Made by a program: the position numbers and the translations under genes. Below the pieces are notes generated by a model. That model was not told where the DNA came from. It saw nothing but the letters and a program-made list of their open reading frames with translations, and made no database searches. Shown one piece after another: positions 51,201 through 59,236 of a stretch of DNA of 64,000 bases (its first letter is position 1; each line of letters starts with the position of its first letter). The DNA is from a virus (Duplodnaviria; Caudoviricetes): positions 1 to 64,000 of IMG/VR virus record IMGVR_UViG_3300032239_001501; one strand, given 5' to 3'.

Positions 51201-51474
51201 TTGATTGTTGCAAATATGATTTAGCGATATAAGCAGCCTCATATTTTGGAATTTGTGTGTTCACAAATTTAACGGGTTCCGTTCCACCAAAATAGGCTTG
51301 GAACTCATCGTAGTTAGTTATGAAAATTGGTTCAAAAGCTGGGCCCTTAATTGTTTCCCCAACTATGCCTAACGTCGTTACACCTACACTTTGAGCGACG
51401 AATGATAAGTCCGTTTCTGATGTGTATACTCCAGGTGATACGTATACTTTTTTGTTTGCTTGTGCTGTTGCCAT
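48274..51474 (-). CDS. Contractile tail sheath protein (T4 gp18-like) with insertion domains
   Basis: VSPGVYTSETD, GETIKGPAFEP, WFASAGYTRG, LYQGRINPI, WGNKTL, RLNVRRLL, LFEQND, IYLKPTKALEFI. Confidence 0.96.
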   Translation of the reverse strand: MATAQANKKVYVSPGVYTSETDLSFVAQSVGVTTLGIVGETIKGPAFEPIFITNYDEFQAYFGGTEPVKFVNTQIPKYEAAYIAKSYLQQSNQLFVTRVLGLSGYDAGPSWTITVTANVDPLTIGFTAASAGTVFTAAFTGSNSANTVTLDTSTLPLTMQDSYTSQYRLSDGSVSTLERDFNYYISNITDTLNASGNTCVIYGSIPADDWYSLVSVYSNIENVYGVPGDGDIEYNDLSSGSNDPWYYANFDNYSADNYSGYSFDYVVSSVVSGSGDSYTGVISGTIYTFSGTAYSEYNNMVVATLRSRGISEYTNNADSENHGPKYETTGLTMVCDGSYSGVSTNPYGTFLLSGATKDNTTFQFETSLLASSSKYITKVFGVDNFGKSRYTVPVFVEESYQSSLNIAYQKGYIKGLNCSLIDLPDARSEDNTSIAYNLERYQSPETPFFVSELRGNKVYNLFKFISISDGDSANMEVKVSIANLSFNNMSFDVLIRNFYDTDAAPVVIEKFTNCNMDPGSNNFIGVKIGTSNGEYALISKYIMVEMADGAPIDAIPCGFRGYIQREYYNLSDYPSPYIQYKTKYFYPGETITDPPFGGSANTTESAGDIVRRAYLGFSTQYGVDESFLTYKGKQTPASWISNPTQEAVPWNVQSKGFHMDSGATVVTIANTYQTSGQTAFECGTADFRFDPESQENPYYFIYSRKYTVCFAGGFDGWDIYREHRTNTDNFQLGSSGYLAGAYPSSRYPNATGEGLFKRIVVQNNTQDFGNTDYYAYLLGILSFANPESTNINIFATASIDYVNNSNLCEEAIDMIQYSRADSVYIVTTPDYNMFTPDASSQYDIIYSQEAVDNLNNTGIDSNYTATYYPWILTRDTVNNTQIYLPATGEVCRNLALTDNIAFPWFASAGYTRGLVNSIKARQKLTQENRDTLYQGRINPIATFSDVGTVIWGNKTLQVADTALNRLNVRRLLLQARKLISAVAVRLLFEQNDQIVRQQFLDSVNPILDSIRRDRGLYDFRVTVSSTPEDLDANRLVGKIYLKPTKALEFIDIEFFITPTGASFENI

Positions 51475-51507
51475 TATTAATTAGTTCTATTACAGATTTA
51501 TTTTAAT

Positions 51508-51515
51508 GATAAATA
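51508..51515 (-). promoter_or_regulatory. TATTTATC motif (putative late promoter) for the sheath gene
   Basis: 33 nt upstream of ATG 51474. Confidence 0.5.
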
Positions 51516-51594
51516 TTACGTATAAGGTGAAAAAACTTTACTTTTAGATATGTATTTGTAAACGGTATGAATTTATTCTACCTTTTTTCTCACC

Positions 51595-51756
51595 ATGAAA
51601 ACAAAGAAAGAAATAAAGAACATAAAGATATCACCTGAATCACACAATATATTGAAAATATACTGTGATAAGAGGGGAATTAAAATCTATAAATTTCTTG
51701 AAAATTTAATTATAGAAAAGTGTAAAGAGAAGAAAGATATCTATGGTGAGGATTAA
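51595..51756 (+). CDS. Small ribbon-helix-helix (Arc/CopG-like) DNA-binding protein, 53 aa, below the ORF-track cut-off
   Basis: MKTKKEIKNIKISPESHNILKIYCDKRGIKIYKFLENLIIEKCKEKKDIYGED*: alternating strand KNIKI, helix, Gly turn, helix. Its TAA overlaps the convergent stop at 51753. Confidence 0.7.
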   Translation: MKTKKEIKNIKISPESHNILKIYCDKRGIKIYKFLENLIIEKCKEKKDIYGED

Positions 51757-52793
51757 ACTAGTTTGTTTTCAAACTGAATAACTGACTGTAAAGTGTCATC
51801 TATTTTTGTAACTTCTATCCTTAAAACATCATTAGTTGTAATTTGTATGATGTTAACATCGCTTCCATAATAATTGTTATTTATATACACATCATAAGTC
51901 TGAACATTATCACTTCCTACTAAACTCATGTTTGCGGTAAAATCAATTACATCAACTAATATGGTAACGCCTGAAACAAAAAGAAAATTAAAATCAAATT
52001 CATCAGGATTTTTTGGAAATTTATTTCTTTTTCTGTTTGGGGTTCTTGTATCAACTTCAAATAGTTGGGTTATTCTTTGAATTGCTGGTTTAACTTGAAA
52101 TTCTTCTTCGTCAATCAGATATCCTAACATTGTAAAATCATAAGATTGGAGATAAAATTTTCTGGATTCAGTTGTCATTTGAGATTCATCTGAAATATTA
52201 TTCATAACAATTGGAACATATTGTCCTTTAATGAATGTATAAGCTTGTCTTGATGAAAACTTTTGCATTACAATCTTATTAAGTTCATTCAATTCTCTCA
52301 TTCTATTACAAACAATCTTAACACTATAATTGATATCAACTGGAACTGGTTGTGGTATTGTGTAGATATCCATACCTTGTTCATTACCGTTCCAAGTTGG
52401 AACTGAGGCATAATAAAATTGTTTTCTATTTGGAATTGTATATTGAAGTGATGGGTTTGTACCATACTTAACTTCAGGGCTTCTAACAACAGTAATAAAT
52501 GGCGGTTCAGGATTATTATCCATATCAACAAATTGTGCCGTTTCAACATATTGTGACCAGTTTTGTGTTGTGATTAAAATATCCAACATCGGAACAATTT
52601 TTCCTGCGGTAACAACTTGTAAATCTCCTTTAACAAAATCAAGCATTCCTCTATCCAAATCAGCATGCAAAACTGACTTAGGAAGATAAGTCCCATCTTT
52701 GTTGATGTATTCCAATAATTGCTCTCTACGAGCATATAATGTTTTTTTTGGAACTAACGGTAATGTTTTTTTTATTTGTTTTGGAAATCCCAT
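51753..52793 (-). CDS. Tail terminator / sheath stabiliser (T4 gp15-like)
   Basis: PQPVPVDINYSVKIVCNRMRELNELNKIV and YDFTMLGYL; just upstream of the sheath gene. Confidence 0.6.
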   Translation of the reverse strand: MGFPKQIKKTLPLVPKKTLYARREQLLEYINKDGTYLPKSVLHADLDRGMLDFVKGDLQVVTAGKIVPMLDILITTQNWSQYVETAQFVDMDNNPEPPFITVVRSPEVKYGTNPSLQYTIPNRKQFYYASVPTWNGNEQGMDIYTIPQPVPVDINYSVKIVCNRMRELNELNKIVMQKFSSRQAYTFIKGQYVPIVMNNISDESQMTTESRKFYLQSYDFTMLGYLIDEEEFQVKPAIQRITQLFEVDTRTPNRKRNKFPKNPDEFDFNFLFVSGVTILVDVIDFTANMSLVGSDNVQTYDVYINNNYYGSDVNIIQITTNDVLRIEVTKIDDTLQSVIQFENKLV

Positions 52794-52794
52794 A

Positions 52795-53208
52795 TTACTT
52801 TTTTGTTACAACTATTTTATTTTTTGAATTAATCATATCCACTTCTTTTGCGTTATAAACTGGTTCTTCGCCATCTTTATACACAAAAGTATCAAACTTG
52901 TATGGGTCATATGTCACAATTTTTCCAAACTTTGTGACAGGTAAATCATCACAAGGATATTCACAATAATCCAATAATTTTCCAATTACAAAGGCATGAA
53001 CATTTTTTCTTTTTTCATCACGAACTTTTGATTTACCACCTTGTCTAACTCTAAATTCAACATCTTCAAGTTTAACATAATCGGCATGCATTATAACTTT
53101 ACTATCATATGTGACTGAAAAGGTATGTTTGTGTAAATTATAATACACCATAACTTTCTTACCAAGAAATAATGAATCAAATTGTGATTCTGTTATAATA
53201 ACTTTCAT
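52795..53208 (-). CDS. Hypothetical phage protein (VYYNLH...KNVHAFV) with an MKVIITESQ leader
   Basis: 137-aa ORF coupled to both neighbours. Confidence 0.65.
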   Translation of the reverse strand: MKVIITESQFDSLFLGKKVMVYYNLHKHTFSVTYDSKVIMHADYVKLEDVEFRVRQGGKSKVRDEKRKNVHAFVIGKLLDYCEYPCDDLPVTKFGKIVTYDPYKFDTFVYKDGEEPVYNAKEVDMINSKNKIVVTKK

Positions 53209-53840
53209 TATAAGATTTTATTACTTTTTTTTAAATTATCTTCAGCCCAAAGAGGTTGTAAGTTTGTGTAATGACAAAGTTCATAAATTTGTTCTTCTGT
53301 TTTTGCGGATGATAGTGGTATTATGTGGTCAATATGCCATTTGCCATAATTTTCCCAAGACATATTATGATTAAATTGTTTTTCTAAATATTCTTTAAGT
53401 TGTGAATAAGAACATCCAATAATATCTAATGAATGGTTTTTTTTATTTTTTAAAAATTTATTAATTCTAATTCTTATATTTCTACTCAACTTAAATAAAC
53501 TATCGGTTTTTAATCTTTGAGTACTATAATTGTTTTTATATTCTTTTCTCTTATCTTTATTTTTTTCCTCCCACTTTTTATTTCTTTTTCTATATGAATT
53601 ACGAAAGTTGTCTTCATGTTTTATTGACCATTTTTTAGTCCTTTCTTTTTGAATTTCAGGTGATAAAGAATATTGAATTCTACATTTTTCATTAATAACT
53701 TCTCTATTCTTTTCACGATAAAGTTTTGATACGAATTTTTGACATTCTCTACATTCACTTCTTTTACCATCAGAATAACGTTTACTGAGATTGAACTCAC
53801 ATAATTCTTTATTAATATTACATTTACTACACTTTTTCAT
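53208..53840 (-). CDS. Free-standing HNH endonuclease with zinc finger (paralogue of 9713-10387)
   Basis: CSKC..CREC, WHIDHIIPLSS, CHYTNLQPLWAEDNLKKSNKIL. Confidence 0.8.
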   Translation of the reverse strand: MKKCSKCNINKELCEFNLSKRYSDGKRSECRECQKFVSKLYREKNREVINEKCRIQYSLSPEIQKERTKKWSIKHEDNFRNSYRKRNKKWEEKNKDKRKEYKNNYSTQRLKTDSLFKLSRNIRIRINKFLKNKKNHSLDIIGCSYSQLKEYLEKQFNHNMSWENYGKWHIDHIIPLSSAKTEEQIYELCHYTNLQPLWAEDNLKKSNKIL

Positions 53841-53841
53841 A

Positions 53842-54354
53842 TTATAATCCTCTAAATTCGTTTTCCGAAACCCATGTTGCCATGATAGTCCTATAGTATG
53901 GTTTTACGCCTCCATACGAGTGGCGGTTATCCGAAACAACAATACCATCATCAATTACGGTATAGTATCTAACTCTATCTTCAGTTTCATAATACCCAAT
54001 ATAATCACCCATAAAAATATTCACATTAATATCATCCAAAGTTTTTTGATAAATGGAAAATTTCATATTACCTGGTTCATCTTGTTTAACTTTTGAATTA
54101 CCCAATAATTTGTTTGTTGGAGCCATTATTTGAACAAGACCTTTTAACTCAACGGGAGCCAAAAATTGAATACCATCTTCAAGAACTTCACCATAGACAT
54201 CATCTGTTTTTGTTTTATACCTATCAATACGATAAAGTATAACTGTGAAATTCATATCGCCGAGAAGCCATTCTTCTCCCATACCAATATCAAGTGCGAG
54301 ATCTTCCCCACCAAAGAATTTTCCTAAACGAGTTATAGGTACTAAATTTTCCAT
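53842..54354 (-). CDS. Head-tail connector / head-closure protein (T4 gp14-like)
   Basis: VILYRID...DDVYGE...PVELKG...GDYIGY pattern; upstream of the gp15-like gene. Confidence 0.6.
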   Translation of the reverse strand: MENLVPITRLGKFFGGEDLALDIGMGEEWLLGDMNFTVILYRIDRYKTKTDDVYGEVLEDGIQFLAPVELKGLVQIMAPTNKLLGNSKVKQDEPGNMKFSIYQKTLDDINVNIFMGDYIGYYETEDRVRYYTVIDDGIVVSDNRHSYGGVKPYYRTIMATWVSENEFRGL

Positions 54355-54355
54355 A

Positions 54356-54386
54356 TTGATAAATACTCAAAAGATAACTATATTTA
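54356..54386. promoter_or_regulatory. Overlapping divergent promoters
   Basis: Plus strand TTGATA-N17-TATATTTA serves the SNF2 gene; minus strand TATTTATC (54358-54365) lies 3 nt before ATG 54354. Confidence 0.6.
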
Positions 54387-54406
54387 ATACAAAGATTTTT
54401 TAATAG

Positions 54407-56158
54407 ATGGAAATAAGTTTAGAATCAAGAGCAATGTCCTTATTGGAAACATATGAGGGTGCGAATAACTATTTGCTTGAGATAAAAAGAAAATCCCAAA
54501 TTAATAAAAAATTCTACCCAACAAGAAGTCAATCTGAATATATTATTGCCAATCACGACAAGACACCAAAGGTCGCCAAAAAATGGGTTATACTTGACGC
54601 TTACTTCGCACAAAAACTTGCCGATGATAAATTATTAACTGTAATTCCTGAAAAGATATGGGTTGAAAAGTTATTGGCGGATAAAGAAAAGGCTTATCAC
54701 ATTTGGGGCAAAATAACTGAATCACAAGAACTCCATGATTTTTGGTTGCCAAAAGCCGCAATTATAAAAGATAATACCGTTAAAAATGTTGTAATTAATT
54801 ATGAAAAATATTCTCACCGTCCACCATTATCTCACCAAAAAGAAGCTATCCAAAAATTGGTTGAAAATAAAAAGTTCATTTTGGCTGATGATATGGGACT
54901 TGGCAAAACTACTTCCACTATTATTGCCGCTATAGAATCCAATTCAAAAAAAATATTAATCATTTGTCCAGCAACACTTAAAATTAACTGGAAAAGAGAA
55001 ATTGAAAATTACTCTGATAAATCTGTCTACATTGCCGAAGGTAAAAATTTTAGTTCAGATGCCGACTATGTTATAATAAACTACGATATAATAAAAAATT
55101 TCCATGACCCTAAGAAAAAAACTGACTCGCAAATTATTAACTCCAATTTTGATTTGGTTATCGTTGACGAAGCACACTATATCAAAAATGGTTCAGCCCA
55201 AAGAACAAAACTAATCAATGACCTTGTAAAAAAAGTTGATAGACTTTGGTTATTGTCAGGAACTCCAATGACCTCAAGACCAATGGATTATTTTAATCTA
55301 CTAAGTTTGGTTGATTCCCCTGTTGCCAAAAATTGGATGGCTTATGCTATCAGATATTGTAGTGGGTATCAATTTAATACTGGTGGTAGAAAAATATGGA
55401 ATGTAACAGGATCTAGTAATCTTGAAGAATTAAGAGATAGAACATCATCAACAATATTAAGAAGATTGAAAGAAGATGTTCTTGACCTACCTGATAAAAT
55501 TATAACTCCAGTATATCTAAGATTAAGATCAAAAAATTACGAGGAAGTAATGGGAGAGTATTATGATTGGTACGATAAAAATCCTGATGATTCTAAATCA
55601 TTAACAGTTCAATTTACCAAACTAACAAAAGTTAGACAAATAATTGCGGATGAGAAAATAAGTCAAACAATTGAACTTGCAGAAAATATTATAGAACAAA
55701 ATAAAAAAGTTATTATTTTTTGTAATTTTACTGACTCACTTAATAAAATTGCAGAACACTTTGGAAAAATAGCAGTTAAGCTTGATGGATCTATGTCTAA
55801 ACCAAATAGACAACATAGCGTAGATGAGTTCCAAGATAATGAAAAGGTAAAAGTTTTTGTTTCAAATTTGAAAGCGGGTGGGGTAGGTATTACTTTAACC
55901 GCCGCTGAGGCAGTCATTTTTAATGATATATCGTTTGTTCCTTCAGATATGGCACAAGGAGAAGATAGAGCGTATAGGTATGGGCAAAAATCAAACGTTT
56001 TGGTATATTACCCTATTTTTGAAAATACCGTTGAAGCGGTAATATATGATATGGTTAACGCAAAAAAACAAATAATTTCCACCGTTATGGGCGATAATCA
56101 AGATAATGGTGATGTTGCTGAAGAAATCTTAAAGAGAATTAATGAAATGCGTCGTTAA
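54407..56158 (+). CDS. SNF2-family (SF2) helicase/ATPase, HARP/SMARCAL1-like
   Basis: LADDMGLGKT, IVDEAH, LSGTP, AGGVGITL, QGEDRAYRYGQ. Confidence 0.92.
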   Translation: MEISLESRAMSLLETYEGANNYLLEIKRKSQINKKFYPTRSQSEYIIANHDKTPKVAKKWVILDAYFAQKLADDKLLTVIPEKIWVEKLLADKEKAYHIWGKITESQELHDFWLPKAAIIKDNTVKNVVINYEKYSHRPPLSHQKEAIQKLVENKKFILADDMGLGKTTSTIIAAIESNSKKILIICPATLKINWKREIENYSDKSVYIAEGKNFSSDADYVIINYDIIKNFHDPKKKTDSQIINSNFDLVIVDEAHYIKNGSAQRTKLINDLVKKVDRLWLLSGTPMTSRPMDYFNLLSLVDSPVAKNWMAYAIRYCSGYQFNTGGRKIWNVTGSSNLEELRDRTSSTILRRLKEDVLDLPDKIITPVYLRLRSKNYEEVMGEYYDWYDKNPDDSKSLTVQFTKLTKVRQIIADEKISQTIELAENIIEQNKKVIIFCNFTDSLNKIAEHFGKIAVKLDGSMSKPNRQHSVDEFQDNEKVKVFVSNLKAGGVGITLTAAEAVIFNDISFVPSDMAQGEDRAYRYGQKSNVLVYYPIFENTVEAVIYDMVNAKKQIISTVMGDNQDNGDVAEEILKRINEMRR

Positions 56159-56171
56159 ACAAAAACTGGAT

Positions 56172-56179
56172 TATTTATA
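56172..56179 (+). promoter_or_regulatory. TATTTATA motif before a plus-strand gene
   Basis: 21 nt upstream of ATG 56201; the motif flips with gene direction. Confidence 0.55.
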
Positions 56180-56200
56180 TGAAATGGATAATCCAAAAAT

Positions 56201-57739
56201 ATGAAAAAAATAAAAGAAAAAATAACACTCATTGAAACACAAATACTTGAGACCCACATTACACAAGAAAAAGAGTTGTTATTGACAGAAATGAAAAAGA
56301 TAGGTATAGAAAAATTACCTTATTCTTACTCCGCCCTCAAAACGTTTATTGATCCAGAGACAATGAACTTTCACTACAACAAACATTATAAGGGATATGT
56401 GGATAAATTAAACGACGCTCTATCAAAGAAAAAATACGGAGATTTAGAGTTAGAACAAATTATCAAAAATATAAGTCGTTACGATAAAACAATCAGAAAC
56501 AATGCTGGTGGTGCTTTTAACCACGCATTGTTTTGGAATATGTTAACCCCAACACCAAAAAAATTAGGTGGGGAACTCTACAAAAAACTTACAAAACAAT
56601 ACGGGACATTTACTGCATTCAAAAAAGAATTTGATAAGGTTGCCAAAGATAGATTTGGATCTGGATGGGTTTGGTTGGTATTAACCGCCAAAAATACATT
56701 CAAGATTATGTCTACACCTAATCAGGATAATCCATTAATGAATGTTATTGAAGGTGGAGGATTTCCATTGTTGGGATTAGATTTATGGGAACATGCTTAT
56801 TATTTGAAGTATAGAAATAAAAGAGATGAATACATCACAAACTTTTGGAAAGTTGTGAATTGGGATTTTGTTTCCAAAATGTATGAAATGAAAACTGAAA
56901 CAAAATTAATGGAATCGGTTATGTTAGAAAAATTATTGACTGAGTCTGTTGACGCAAAATTCTGTGAACCTAAAGAAGTTTTATTTTATAAAGAATTAAT
57001 AAATAATTCTCGTATTAAAAAAATATATCAAGATGGTGTTACCGACGCATTAAAGCAAGTATTTCATCAATTTTGGGTAGATGGAACAAGTAGTGAAATG
57101 TCAGGATTTTATGGTGTTGAATCAAAAGAAGGTAGGTCAATATTAAATAATCTTAATACAAACTTTAATACATTTTGTTTGCTTGTTAAGGCAGTTAATA
57201 AAGAAATTGTAAAAATTGGAAAAGAAGAAAAAATGTTTGATTTTTCTAAAAAAGAAAAAAGAACTGTGTCTGAAATTACAAGATTTGTTAAAGCATTAGA
57301 CCATTTTAAAAAAGATATTTTCACCAAACACAATGAAGATTTTCTTAACATAATAAGAGTTTTAAAGAAACTATGGGATAGAGGTCAAAAATCTGAAGAT
57401 AATGTATTAAAGAAAGTTGAAGATTATTTTGAAGGAAATGCCAAGTTAATTAAAGTTGGTGGACATGGACAAAAAAATGATGCTATTAAAGGTATTGATT
57501 TGAAAATAGAAATGGATGGAAAAATCCATACCGCTCAAGTAAAACCATATTCAAATACATCACTTGATGGAGATAAAGTTAAATTATATGATACTGGAAA
57601 TGTTAAACCATATAATGTGGATTGGTTAATTTTTATTCAAACTAAAACAAAGAAAATTTTAATATTTAAAAATAATCCAATAAGTAATGAGAATGTTTAT
57701 GTATTTAAGATAACTTCTCTATTATACGAAATAGAATAG
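56201..57739 (+). CDS. sodA: Fe/Mn (probably Mn) superoxide dismutase fused to a ~265-aa C-terminal region containing a PD-(D/E)XK-like domain
   Basis: LPYSYSAL, HYNKHY, NNAGGAFNHALFW, FGSGWVWL, TPNQD, DLWEHAYY; C-terminal RGQKSE...GIDL...AQVK. Confidence 0.85.
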   Translation: MKKIKEKITLIETQILETHITQEKELLLTEMKKIGIEKLPYSYSALKTFIDPETMNFHYNKHYKGYVDKLNDALSKKKYGDLELEQIIKNISRYDKTIRNNAGGAFNHALFWNMLTPTPKKLGGELYKKLTKQYGTFTAFKKEFDKVAKDRFGSGWVWLVLTAKNTFKIMSTPNQDNPLMNVIEGGGFPLLGLDLWEHAYYLKYRNKRDEYITNFWKVVNWDFVSKMYEMKTETKLMESVMLEKLLTESVDAKFCEPKEVLFYKELINNSRIKKIYQDGVTDALKQVFHQFWVDGTSSEMSGFYGVESKEGRSILNNLNTNFNTFCLLVKAVNKEIVKIGKEEKMFDFSKKEKRTVSEITRFVKALDHFKKDIFTKHNEDFLNIIRVLKKLWDRGQKSEDNVLKKVEDYFEGNAKLIKVGGHGQKNDAIKGIDLKIEMDGKIHTAQVKPYSNTSLDGDKVKLYDTGNVKPYNVDWLIFIQTKTKKILIFKNNPISNENVYVFKITSLLYEIE

Positions 57740-57745
57740 TCAATA

Positions 57746-57753
57746 TATTTATA
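57746..57753 (+). promoter_or_regulatory. TATTTATA motif before the plus-strand neck gene
   Basis: 18 nt upstream of ATG 57772. Confidence 0.55.
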
Positions 57754-57771
57754 GTTAATATAGTTATAATT

Positions 57772-58896
57772 ATGGCAGTTATACCAGAACCAGAAAGGTC
57801 AAAAATTTATACGAGAATCAAACATCTCTTAGGTGCCCCACTTAGAAGCGTGGAGGTTGAAGATGAAATGATGGATTCTTTAATGGAACTATCTATTCAA
57901 GATTACGAAGAATATATTCTACAATGGTTAATTGATAGTCAATGGGTTAACCTTGTTAATTTGAATATGAGCGAGAAATCTGTTGCTAAAGCATTGGTTA
58001 CAAGAACAATGGATTTTGAACAACAATTTGCATACTCATACTCTAAAATTGTAGGTCTTCAAACTATGGGGCCTTGGGTACTTAAAAAAGATTATTTTAC
58101 TTTAAGTGCTAACACACAAAACTACGAAATTCCTGCAGGAAGAGAGGTTAATGAATTGTTATGGTTTAGTGACCAAGCTTGGACGGCATTTGGTTTGGGT
58201 GGTGTTTCTGGATTTGGTGCTGGTGTAGGACTTGGTGCTGACCAACCAGGATTTGCTCAAATGGGTAATCAAGGTTCTTATTACATGATGTCAGGATTTG
58301 ATTACTTAATTAGAATGCAAGAAGCCAATATTCTTAATAGAATATTAGGAGGATCATTAACTTATAGAATTACAGGGTTACCTGATGGTAAAAAAAATAT
58401 TTTCTTATATAATACTCCTGGTGGTAAATTTAATTGGAGTAGTTATAGTAACTACGTAGGAAAAGCTGTTTGGTATTGGTATTACGATGTAGGTCCAGAT
58501 GATAGAGCTGCTTGTTTAAAGGCAAATAAAGATATTATTTTATTACCAACTGATGTTCCTATTGAAGAATTAACATGGGAAGATTTGAATGTCCCTGGTA
58601 AACAATGGGTAAGAAGATGGTTTACTGCTTATGTTAAAGAAACTTTAGCAAGAGTAAGAGGAAAATATAGTGGAAATTTAAAAACTCCTGATTCAGAAAT
58701 AACAATGGATTACCAAAGTTTATTAACGGAAGCTAAAGATGAAAAATCTAAATTAATGGAAGAACTTACAGGGGCTGAAGGTTGGTTAACAAGATTAAGA
58801 CCTGAAAAAGTAATGGAAAGAGAATCTCTTATTGCCGAAAATTTAAATAAACAAATGAAGTTTAGAGCAATGCCTCGTCAAATATATGTAATTTAA
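57772..58896 (+). CDS. Neck / head-tail adaptor protein (T4 gp13-like)
   Basis: IKHLLGAPLRSVEV at the N-terminus; WVRRWFTAYVKETLARVRGKY...LLTEAKDE at the C-terminus. Confidence 0.75.
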   Translation: MAVIPEPERSKIYTRIKHLLGAPLRSVEVEDEMMDSLMELSIQDYEEYILQWLIDSQWVNLVNLNMSEKSVAKALVTRTMDFEQQFAYSYSKIVGLQTMGPWVLKKDYFTLSANTQNYEIPAGREVNELLWFSDQAWTAFGLGGVSGFGAGVGLGADQPGFAQMGNQGSYYMMSGFDYLIRMQEANILNRILGGSLTYRITGLPDGKKNIFLYNTPGGKFNWSSYSNYVGKAVWYWYYDVGPDDRAACLKANKDIILLPTDVPIEELTWEDLNVPGKQWVRRWFTAYVKETLARVRGKYSGNLKTPDSEITMDYQSLLTEAKDEKSKLMEELTGAEGWLTRLRPEKVMERESLIAENLNKQMKFRAMPRQIYVI

Positions 58897-58900
58897 TTTT

Positions 58901-59236
58901 ATGGCAATAGTAAAAACAATACCCTCAAGAAGAATTATTAACGGAATGGCAATTGATACCTCAGAAATTTCAATGGTATCTGAATTAGATTATCGTACAA
59001 ACGGAGAAGAATGTATAATAGTTAGAGGTATTGCATTCTCTGTTATTATTCTTGATTCAAGAACCACTGACCATGTAGTAATTAAATCAATGACTCATTT
59101 AACAATTAAACCAGATGTTGGTAAGATTGATGAAGATTATGATGAATTAGTTATGGATAGATTCGCTTGTGTTGAATTTAGATTTGTTGGTGGTAATTGG
59201 TACATATTAAGTTCAGACGGACTTAAAGGATCCTAA
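58901..59236 (+). CDS. Small beta-rich hypothetical structural protein
   Basis: Ends ACVEFRFVGGNWYIL; 3' end overlaps the DNA polymerase 3' end by 24 nt. Confidence 0.6.
   Translation: MAIVKTIPSRRIINGMAIDTSEISMVSELDYRTNGEECIIVRGIAFSVIILDSRTTDHVVIKSMTHLTIKPDVGKIDEDYDELVMDRFACVEFRFVGGNWYILSSDGLKGS

Noticed and set aside
19123-52793. Bacterial eCIS, tailocin or T6SS locus
   Set aside because: Interleaved with phage replication genes, neck proteins and homing endonucleases, with no cellular housekeeping context.
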